The translations under genes were made by a program, and so were the position numbers. This document shows, one piece after another, positions 1-10,678 of a DNA stretch of 64,000 nucleotides. The stretch is from the human T2T-CHM13v2.0 reference genome, Homo sapiens: assembly GCF_009914755.1 (NCBI RefSeq), contig NC_060937.1, one strand, 5' to 3'. Under the pieces are notes generated by a model. It saw only the letters and a program-made list of their open reading frames with translations. It was not told the origin of the DNA and made no database searches. The first letter of the stretch is position 1; every line of letters begins with the position of its first letter.

Positions 1-998
1 AATCAGATGTCATTCAAATCTTTTATGGATGTTGACTGATAATGATGGAAGAAGAGAAATTCTCATAAAGTGTGTGTTTGTATTGGACTTAGAAATAATT
101 GCAATTTTCATTTTGATTTGTTTCATTTTGGTGGAGTGGAGCGAGAAAGGTATTTTAAGCAAGTAGGAAACACTTGATAAGAGGAAAGAAGAAACAGGGA
201 AAAAAGAAGAAAGATTATTTAAGTAGAAAAAAAAGACAAGATAGATTAGGTGATGAGTTCCAATTATTGGAAGCCTTTTTGTACGAGGTGGAACAAAAGT
301 TTGAGCAACGTTAATACATGTAGAATTTTTTTGAATCATATGTACGCAAATACATAAACACCATTTTCATTCTTCTTTTTGTGTTTCCCATTTAACAAGA
401 TAATATGCGAGTGAGGCTAAACATTTTTAATATTCAAAACTGAAATCAACAGTCCAGCCATCATTATTAACTTCTAAATGTGCTCATACTAGTGGTGTAA
501 ACTGGTTATAAGAGTATTTCTCTTGAATAATTAGTCTTCTTAACTCATTTACATGTAGTGAGAAAGCATCATTTACATTTACTTAAGATCACTTTTCTTT
601 TTTTCTCCTTCTGAAATGAAAATCAATCATGCACAATTAATAAAAATATTGGCTCAAACTGCATGGCAATATTTGGTTATCAGGTAATTAAATACTTCAG
701 AATGTACACATATTAATATTTTCATCAAAATAAAAGAGGCATCATCTAAATACACCTCGTTCAATATCTGGGTTTCAAGAAACCAGTTTCAGAAACACTG
801 CTTACTTAAGTGAGAGGATCAATAGTGTTGAGATGTTTTTCTTTCTCAATTGCTAAGCTATCTTTGATGTTGGAGTCTTCTCAGATCTTTTGTTTTGCTG
901 AAAGAGGTAATAAACTAAGCATAGTACCAGAGTTTCTGCAAAGGTTTCTTCAATTTCCATTGCCCCAGGCAACCCACGAGAGAAACTATAGTATGTGA

Positions 999-1390
<392 letters not shown>

Positions 1391-2423
1391 AGGACAGTTT
1401 TAAGCACTACTGCAGGGCTTATATATTTAATTAAATTCCTTTGTTGGTTGGTTTTAAAAGGTTTTAGTTTTATTTTTTACTTTCTGTTTTTTTCCTTTTG
1501 GGGAGTTTGACTTGGGTCTTAAAATTTGACATGATAGTGAAAGACTTATAGAAGCCCAGTTTTACACAGGTTATATATATATATATATTTTTTGATTACA
1601 TAAACTGTGACCTATGTCTGTTTATTCAATTACAAATAAACGTCTTTACTTAGCTTATGTTGTCCTTGGTGTCCCACAAACTGCCTTCCACCCCATTACT
1701 CATGAGTCAGATCCACATTTTTGTGCACTCATCTGACTGTGGTTCTCTTGCTCTCGTTTCATACAGAACACTCAGCAGGTACTAGGACTTATTACACTGT
1801 TCTAGTAAATATAAACCTTGTTGTACCATCTTCACTGCTTTTTTAAAGTTACCATTCCATCCTGATTTACTATCTGTTTCACGTCTTTCTGTGTCACAAG
1901 AAACACCATTTGTCATCTAAATTCTCTCTTTTACCTTAAGCTAAAGCCACAAGCAATACCATATATGATAATATTTTTCCTTCTCCTTAAGCCCAAATCA
2001 TAACATTTCCTAACCACAGACATATGCATACCAATATCATCTCAATGACATTTAAAATACCTAGTGTTCAGAGTTTATGCTTCATTCATTTTTGTGATTT
2101 ACACCATAGCTAGTTCAGTGCATGGTAAATAGAAATGCTCAACTGGTACTTACCTAGTTAGAAAAATGAAATTTTTCTAAGTTGGATGAAATAACAATAT
2201 AATAATAGGCTTTTTTGCATTATGCACTATTAATATCTCTGTTTAGTCTCTTCATAAGGGAATTTTTTCAGTAGTTTATGATATTACATATCCAATTTTA
2301 AAATATTTAAAATTTCCAGAATTTTAGCTGGAATCTTCTAGTAAAGACTTTTAAAATCCACTCTTATTCTTATAACAAAACAGTTGAAAGAAAAGAAAAC
2401 CTTTATATTCAAAAGTAAATAGT

Positions 2424-2721
2424 GGCCAAAAGTGGTGGCTCATGCCTGTAATCCCAGCATTTTGGGAGGTTGAGACAGGTGGATCAGTTGAGGTCAGGAG
2501 TTCAAGACCAGCCTGTCCAACATGGTGAAACCCTATCTCTAGTAAAATTACAAAAATTAGCTGGGTGTGCTAGTGCACAGCTGTAATCCCAGCTACTCAG
2601 GAGGCTAAAGCAGGAGAACCGCTTGAACCCAGGAGGCGCAGTTTGCAGTGAGCCCGAGATTGCTTCACTGTACTCCAGCCTGGGTGACAGAGCAAGTCTC
2701 CTTCTAAATAAATAAATAAAT
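2424..2721 (+). mobile_element. Alu SINE (AluS-like)
   Basis: GGCC..GTGGTGGCTCATGCCTGTAATCCCAGC start, B box GAGTTCAAGACC, mid A-linker, (TAAA)n tail. Confidence 0.97.
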
Positions 2722-4240
2722 ACTGTCAAATTATAAAACATATCTGCTAACCCTGTGAAAACTGCACAAAGCACAGGTCACTATCAAAGGGCTGCAGCTA
2801 TTTCCTGAGATCTCAGTTAAATTGCCCTAATCCTTTGACATAGGCTCTTTGCTCTGGGACACTACCAGGGTTAGAAGAAAAGGAATATGGTGACTGTCAG
2901 ATCTTAACTAAAGGGTCAATGACCAAGGAAGGACATAGGTTGTCTGAAAAATTTAGGTGATAGCTACAATATACGTATCCATACATAATGAGTGAGAGAC
3001 AACAGACACAAACTAGAAGGTTATGTGCCTCCAACTTACTTGTCAAAATTCCGCTGGTTCTTCAATTCATAGTTAAATAGTCCTTAATAACTTAGATTAA
3101 TCACAAAGCAATTCATAGGAGCTGTGCATGGATGTAAGAGAAAAAGAAGGAAATCAACATAAGCAGAAAACAGCTGGAACACAGAATAAAAGTAGAATGA
3201 CTCAAGGAAATATAGAATGATCTCAAAGAAATTGTCATACTCTTAAATAAATTATAGCTGATGCAGTCCTACTTTTATAAAGCATAAGAAAGATACATGG
3301 TTTTACAGAATAGGTAGTCAGTAAAAAGGAGGATTGGAAAGTGAGCCTATCTTCAGAATGAAAGGATAAATACAAATAGAAATATCAGCACATTTCAGAA
3401 ATGCTTATTTCATTAAGTATAATAAATAAACTTTCCAAAAATATCTTAGAAAAATGGTGTATAAGACAGAAGGGATAACAAAAGAAAATTGAAAATGATA
3501 AAATCAAAATGAACAGATTGAATATAAAAGATGTGAAGGGGGAAAAAGAGATAAATTCATACCTACTATTGTTCCTGAAAAGGTTTTAAAATACAAGATT
3601 GGAATTTCTTTTTCTTTTTTTAGTAATACTTCTTATTTCTGGAAGTATAATTTAGGAATGAGTATCATTTGAAAAACTAAAGTGTCATTTAATTTTTCTG
3701 TTAAAATAAAAATATTATTGAACTATTATTTTAAGGATTTTAATTTTCTTTTAAGTGTTAATATAGAGAGATTTTTAGAATCTAGTCTGTGTTTTTTATA
3801 GTGCTTATTTTTGGACTGTTGGAGTCTAGATAATTTTAAGCCTTCTTCATTTTCTTTATTACTTGAAAAGTGTGAAGAATTTAACATTTTTTAAACAAAT
3901 AAGTAGTAATTCATTTAAAATGCAATTGCCATTTTAACAAGTACTCTCTTAAGAGACAGGCACATATTTTCTGCTAAGATCTCAAGAATATTTTAAGTTT
4001 TTACTTAAACCTTCTAGGTGATTTAGTAGGAGACTTTAAGACTTAAAACTTTTTCTAGTTAGTTGTTGGATCTTGTCATACTTATACCCTACCTTTAAAA
4101 AAATTACTAAGGTATTGCTAAACAATTTAAAATCCACAGACATTTTTAATTGTCATTTTTTCCTACATAATAATATATAATAAAGAATAAGAACATATGA
4201 CTGTGTCATATGGACAAATATATAAAATAAACAAAAAACA

Positions 4241-6372
4241 CCAATCCTACTGAAACTATTACAAAAGATCAAAAAGGAGGGAATCATTCCTAAATCATCC
4301 TATGAAACCAGTACTACCCCGATACCAAAGCCAGGAAAGACATTAAAAAAACAAAAACAAAAACTGCAGTCCAATATCCTTGATTAATGTAGATGTAAAA
4401 ATGCTCAACAAAAATCTAGCAAACCAAATCCAACAGCACCAAAAAGATAATTCACCTTAATCAAGTGGATTTCATCCCAGAGATTCAAGGGTGATTCAAC
4501 ATACACAAGTAAATAAATGTGATTCAATTCACCTCATAAACAGAATTAAAACAAAACCATATGATAATCTTAATATATACAGAAAAAAACATTTGATAAG
4601 ATCTAGCATCCCCTTTATGATACAAACTCTCAACAAACTAGGCATGGAAGGAAGAGACCTCAAAATAGTAAAAGCCATACACAACAAACCCAAAGCCAAC
4701 ATCCTACTGAATGGGTAACCATTGAAAGCATTCGCCCTGAAAACTAGAACAAGTCAAGGATGTCCACTTTGACCACTTCAATTCGACATTAGTTCTGTAA
4801 GACTTAGCCAGAGCAATCAAGCAAGAGAAAGAAATGAGGGCATCCAAACTGGAAAGGAGGAAGTCGAACTATCTCTGTTTGCTGATGATGCTTAGACAAC
4901 CCTGAAGACTACTCCAAGAGACTCCTAGATTTGATAAATGAATTCAGTAAAGTCTCAGCTTTTAAAATCAACATATACAAATCAATACACCAAAAACAAG
5001 CAAGCTGAGAATCAAATCAAAAACTCAATCACATTTACAACAGCTGCAAAAATAAAATAAAATACCTAGAAATATATTTAGCTAAGGAGGTGAAAGATCT
5101 CTACAAGGGGAACTACAAAACCCTCATGAAAGAAACCATAGATGACACAAACAGAAAAACCTCCCCATGCTCATAAATTAGGAAGAATCAATACTGTAAA
5201 AATGATCATACTGCCTAAAGCAATCTACTCTCTCAATGCAATTCCCGTCAAAATACCAGTGCCATTTTTCACAGAATTAGAAAAAAAAAATCCTAAAAAA
5301 ATCCCAAAACTCATAAGGAACCAAGAAAGAGCTCAAATAGCCAAAACAATCCTAAACAAAAAGAACAAATCTGGAGGTATAACATTACCCAGCTTCAAGT
5401 AAACCAAGGCCAGAGTAACCAAAACAGCATGGTACTGGTATAAAAACAAACACATAGACCAAGGTAACAGAACAGAGAGCTCAGAAATTCAGCCAATACT
5501 TACAAGTAACTGATCTTAAAGCAGATAAAAACATATTCTGGGGAAAGGACATACTATTCGATAAACATTGGAGGCAAGATTGGATAGCCACATGTACAAG
5601 AAAGAAACTGGATCCCTGTCTCTCACCATACACACAAATTAACTCAAGGTGGATGAACAACTTAAATCTAAGACCTGAAACCATAAAAAGTCTAGGAGAA
5701 AATCTAGAAAAAACTCTTCTGGACATCAACCTAGGCAAAGAATTTGTGACCAAGACCCCCAAAGCAAATGCAACAAGAAAAAAATTAATGGGACCTAATT
5801 AAACTAAAAAGCTTCTGAACAGCAAAAGGAATAATCAACAGAGTAAACAGACAACTTAAAGAATGGGAGAAAATATTTGCAAACTCTGACAAAGGATTAA
5901 TATCTAGAATCTCTAAGGAATTCAAAAAAATCATCAAGAAAAAAAAACAAATAATCCCATTAGAAAGTGAGCAAATCACATGAACAGACATTTCTCAAAA
6001 TAAGATACATAAATGACCAAAACCATATTGGCCAATTTTCAAAAATATATTGAAAAAACGCTGAATATCACTAATCATCAGGGAAATGCAAATTAAAACT
6101 GCAATATGTCACCTTACCCCAGCCAGAAGTCATTATTAGAAAATAAAAAAAATAATAGACGTGGCTGCAGGTGTAGTGAAAAGGGAACATGTATACACTG
6201 CTCTGTGAATGTAAATTAGTGGGAATGTAAATTAATACTACGTCTATGGAAAACAGTTTCAAAATTTCACAGAGAACTGAAAGATCTACCACTCAATCCA
6301 GCTCTCCCACTACTAAGTTAGTGGAAAAGAAGCTAAAAAGACACGTGCATATTTGTGTTTATTTCAGCACAA
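4241..6372 (+). mobile_element. LINE-1 ORF2 remnant (old L1P/L1MA type), truncated at both ends, frameshifted
   Basis: Translated fragments resemble L1 ORF2p ([45 protein letters not shown]). RT motif LFADD is encoded at about 4875-4889. Many stops and indels; no 3' UTR or poly(A). Confidence 0.95.
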
Positions 6373-6453
6373 AGTCCAACAGCACATCAGACCTTTACTT
6401 CACCATATGGTTCTTGTTCAGGGATTGTGCCAGTGTGTGACTGCTTTTGACAG

Positions 6454-6906
6454 TCTTATGGAGTCAAAAGTGACTCTATCTTGGATGCTAATCCAGCATG
6501 TTGACTTCTGATTAGCCCAGTCCCATCTATGCCTCCTGACTTTTATTTTATTTCCTGTCCTCAGTATAAGAACATGTGAACTTTGATGTTATGGGACAAG
6601 TTACAGACTATTACACATAAAGTATTTTGCCTGTTCTAGCATTGTCTTTAATTGTCTCTATAGAGCAGATACACACTTTCTCTATGGTAGATAAGCCTTG
6701 TGCCTGGAGAGTAATGGAGCGGGGAGGCTGGAGAGTAATGGAGCGGGGTGTGTCTTTCAGCCACCCAACACCATGCTTCTGTTCATAAGTTCCCCCAAAT
6801 AAATCACTCTATAGCAACAAATTGGGTTCGTCTGCTTCATCCTTTGTTTTCTTGGCTCATTCTGAGTTTGGGGGCCTTTTTGCATATATGGCCCTGTCAT
6901 AAAATA
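6454..6906 (+). mobile_element. Solo LTR, LTR47-like (ERVL)
   Basis: GACTCTATCTTGGATGCTAATCCAGCATGTTGACTTCTGATTAG start resembles recalled LTR47 consensus. AATAAA at about 6798-6803. 3' end TTTGCATATATGGCCCTGTCA. Confidence 0.7.
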
Positions 6907-8995
6907 GCCTTTCACAAGAGGAGCAAAAGGCTCTCAAGTGGGTGCAGCTCTTGTGCTTCACCGACACACTGCTCTGTGAACATGTGGGCGTGGAGGACAC
7001 ACTTTCCATGCAAGCTTTACTGTTATGTATAAGTTAATTCTGCCTAAAAACAAAGGAAACTAACCTTTCCTTTGTGGCTTTTTGTGGAAAGCAACCACAA
7101 AGCAATTCAATTTTAATTAACTGAAAAAAGGCAAAAACGATTATTTTTTTCATATTCTAGAACCATGTTAATCTTTGTTTTCTTTTATTTTATTAAAGCA
7201 TTCACTTTTATACTTGAAATGGAAAATAATTCTCAGCTATCAAAGTCATAATCAGAAATAGTGGTGTATTCCTTGGATAAGCCCACGTTCAAATGGCCTA
7301 AATTAGTCATCCTAGAGTTCTAAGAAATCTCCATTTATTATTCTTTCTTTGCTGTTATTCTGTCCATTAAGCATCTCCATATATAATTTTTGAGAATGTG
7401 CCCTCCCTTGTGAATATTCCAGTCTAATTTTGCAAGTTACATTTTGAAAATAACAGAAAATTCCTACAAATAGTAAAAATGTATTTTTTCTTAATGCCAT
7501 TTTAAAGATTTCTTCCCCCCTTAATTAGTCAGGGACTGTCTGTATTAATTTTCCAGAACTAAATTCAAAATGGGATTTAAAACTATTGAAGTACACTTTC
7601 TACCAACTATCAGTCCATTAGTCATGTATATGCCATTATATATTTTCCAGTAAAAAACTCTTTCTACTGACAATCATGTTGAATAAAACCATATCAATAA
7701 TGAGGAGTACGGTTTCTTAAAGTAGAAAAAATATCTTGATACAAGAACACATCACTTTGCCATTTTCAATCGTCTCTTTCCTGACTCTTACTAAACTTTA
7801 ATTATAATAGAGTTAGATATTCCTCAAGGCTCACCAATGCCATTTGAATGAAAAATTCATTAAAGAAATTTCTAAAATGTCACTTGCTTTCAAACTTCAA
7901 TCCATGTGCTGTGGAGTTAACCGAAGTAAGTCATTTCAAAATACGTACTGCAGTAACTTTTGCAAATATAGTTTTATTGCCAATTTCTACTAATTCTCAA
8001 TTTTCTAGTCCGATAATTTATAGTTCTACTTTGAAAAAAATGTTAATTTTATCAATTGTATTTTCATTAAAATATATCTTAAAGCTTAATGCATATTCAA
8101 GCAAACTATGAATATGTCAGCATATTCTCCAAATATGTTAAATTTGAAGTCCACTGAAAAGTTCACTGCTATTATAACATATGAAATGATTGAAGAAGGG
8201 TGTATAGTAAGGAGTGGTCAGAAATAATATGTATAAATATAGATGAACCGAAATTTAACCAATGAAAGGCAAATAGAATTCTTGAAATGCAACTTATTTG
8301 GAAACATGATTTTTAAAACAAATTATATTAATTCCCAAATAATTATATTGTATTCATAGTTTGTAAAGCACTAATGATATTTGAATGTACCCAGGGGAAA
8401 CCATCTCTTTTTAAATTGTGTAATTGTATTATTAAATACTTTATCCTTTGCTTCTTACATTGTATAGAAATTTAAGACTTTAGTTCCTGTATGAGGTTTT
8501 GTTTCCCATTTACTTCCTAAAGTAATCTTTCTCCTATATAACATCTTTCATTTCCAACCTGCATTATGTATAATTATCATTTCCAACTACTCCATTAACC
8601 TTGATCCCTTCTAATCTGTCACCAGACATACTTCCAGGGAGTTATTTCACTGGTACACTTCTTAAATGACTAATGAGGCACTTAATCACATTTTATGAGG
8701 CTAAACAAAATCTCCACTTTGTATTTACTCAGTTAGTTTTCAGGATATCCAATGGGGCTGGGTAATTCAAGTTTATAGATTAGTATTTATACATAAGTTA
8801 ACTTATTTAGTTCTCTTCACATGTTAATTATAATATTCTGTTACGTTATATTTAGCCCAAAATTTTTAAATGACTATATCTAAAAGAAAAATAAACAAAA
8901 AATTCCTGAAGTATAAACATAGTTAGCTGCTAATTTCTTCATTTAAAAAATTTTTCAACCAATTGTTTTTTTCCAGAGAAGGAATAATTTGTGTC

Positions 8996-9196
8996 CATTT
9001 CCCCTTCCTTCCTTCCTTCCTTTTTCTTTCTCTTTCTTTTTCTTTCCTTCTTTCTTTCTTTCTTTCGTTCTTTCATTCTTTCGTTCTTTTGTTCTCCCTT
9101 TTGTTCTCTCTCCCTTCCTTTCTTTCTTCCTTCCTTTCTCTTTCTTTCTTGCTTGCTTGCTTTCTTTTCTTTCTTTCTTTTTCTTTCTTTCATCTT
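8996..9196. repeat. Compound pyrimidine microsatellite (TTCC/TTTC/TTGC)
   Basis: About 200 nt of almost only C/T on the + strand. Confidence 0.97.
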
Positions 9197-9219
9197 TCAT
9201 GCCTGTCACTGCTTTTTAC

Positions 9220-9501
9220 TGCTATGGTTTGAATGTTTTGACCCCTCCAAAAATTCATGTTAAAACGTAACTCTCAATGCAACAGTGAGGCCTCATGGGA
9301 GGTGTCAGGTTTTTAGGGGCTCCACTCTCATGAATGTATATTCAGGCAGCTTTAAAAATTCTTGTGGGAGTGAGTTCACTCTCTTCTGCTTTTCTGCCAT
9401 GTGAAGGCAGAGCTCCTCCCCTCCAGAGGATGCAGCATTCAAACAAAACAAACAGAGAGATATGGCCCTAAGCTACTGGTGACTTGATCTTGGATTTCCC
9501 C
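9220..9501 (+). mobile_element. MaLR LTR fragment (MST-like, e.g. MSTC/MSTD)
   Basis: Starts TGCTATGGTTTGAATGT..CCCCTCCAAAAATTCATGTT; contains CTGCCATGTGA and CTTGATCTTGGA. 3' end missing. Confidence 0.8.
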
Positions 9502-9507
9502 GCATTC

Positions 9508-9648
9508 ATAATTATCTGAGCCAATTCCCTTAATAAATTGCATCTTATCTATCTATCTGTCTGTCTATGTATGTATGTATGTACGTACGTATGTATGTAT
9601 CTATCTATCTATCCTATTGGTTCTGTTTCTCAGAAGAACTCTTAATAC
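9508..9648 (+). mobile_element. MLT2 (ERVL) LTR 3' fragment with internal TATC/TATG microsatellite
   Basis: GAGCCAATTCCCTTAATAAA ... TATCCTATTGGTTCTGTTTCTC..GAACTC.TAATAC is the typical MLT2 3' end. The same ending occurs at 50380-50417. Confidence 0.8.
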
Positions 9649-9735
9649 TTTTACTAACTTACATTAATTTCATCTCTAAGGTAAGTTTTATATTCATTTC
9701 TTTATCAGAATATGTCACTTTAGTGGTGCACCTTG

Positions 9736-9738
<3 letters not shown>

Positions 9739-9766
<28 letters not shown>

Positions 9767-10036
9767 GAGATGGAGTCTTGCTCTGTTGCCCAGGCTGGTG
9801 TGCAATGGTGTGATCTCTGCTCACTCAACCTCTGCCTCCCTGGTTCAAATAATTCTCCTGCCTCAGCCTCCTGAGTAGCAGGGGTTACAGGCGTGCATCA
9901 CCATGCCTGGCTAATTTTTGTATTTTTAGTAGAGATGGGGTTTCACCATACTGGCCAGGCTGTTCTCAAACTCCTGACCTCGTGATCCGTCCGCCTCAAC
10001 CTCCCAAAGTGCTGGCGTGAGCCACCATGCCCAGCT
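9739..10036 (-). mobile_element. Alu SINE (AluS, Sg-like)
   Basis: Reverse Alu with (TTTA)n tail. TSD ACCTTGATT at 9730-9738 and 10039-10047. Confidence 0.97.
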
Positions 10037-10112
10037 AGACCTTGATTTTTATAGGAAGACTTCTGTTTTAGAATTATTTTTGTGGTGATCTTAATTAATC
10101 TTATCTTTCTTC

Positions 10113-10321
10113 ATTTTTTTTAAATTTTTTTATTTCCATAGGTTCTTGGGGAGTAGGTGGTGGTTGGTTACATGAGTAAGTTTTTTAGTGGTGATTTGTG
10201 AGATTTTAGTGCACCCATCACCCAAGTGGTATACACTGCACACAATTTGTAGTCTTTTATCCCTCTCCCACTTCCCACCTGAGTCCCAAAGTCCACTGTG
10301 TCATTCTTATGCCTTTGCATC
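10113..10321 (-). mobile_element. LINE-1 3' end (L1PB-like), heavily 5'-truncated
   Basis: T-rich tail followed by TTTCCATAGG..GGTTACATGAGTAAGTT..TAGTGGTGATTTGTGAGATTTT..GCACCCATCACCC. Confidence 0.88.
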
Positions 10322-10509
10322 TTTCTTAATCTTAATCTTTCTTAATTCTATGGGTGAATTCTCCACATTCTCCAACCAGTCATGATTCATTCAAACACAA
10401 ACCATCATCAATTCATAATGCATATATCCATACTGAATCATGCTGAATGAGGGAAACAAAGATTAAAGATATATGATCATTACCTTTAAGATAAATATTG
10501 TTAGAGAGA

Positions 10510-10678
10510 GTACTATGCTCACTGTCTGGGTGACAGGAAGAACTCGCAGAAGAACTCTCTCTCTGCTCTTTGAGGCCCAAACCTCAGTACCATGCAATAT
10601 ATCCTAATAAGTAACTTGGACATGTACCCTTGAATCTAAAATAAAAATGGAAATAAAACATTAAATTAAATAAAAAAT
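10510..10678 (+). mobile_element. LINE-1 3' terminus (late L1PA/L1PB type)
   Basis: GTACTATGCTCACT..CTGGGTGACAGG ... CCCAAACCTCAG..CCATGCAATATA ... CATGTACCCTTGAATCTAAAATAAAA plus A-rich tail. Confidence 0.8.

Noticed and set aside
10-339. 109-aa minus-strand ORF at the window start
   Set aside because: F/S/L-biased translation of an A/G-rich low-complexity tract, with no homology or splice support.
2950-3600. A-rich stretch possibly from L1/HAL1 ORF1
   Set aside because: The resemblance is too weak to assign a family or boundaries without an alignment.
4241-6372. Reverse-transcriptase-like coding fragments as a novel RT system
   Set aside because: Ordinary dead LINE-1 ORF2 with frameshifts, stops and a deletion right after the FADD motif.
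6372-10678. L1 body (4241-6372) and L1 3' end (10510-10678) as one split element
   Set aside because: They are separated by about 4 kb that includes unique-looking DNA, the intervening L1 3' UTR is missing, and no shared TSD is visible.
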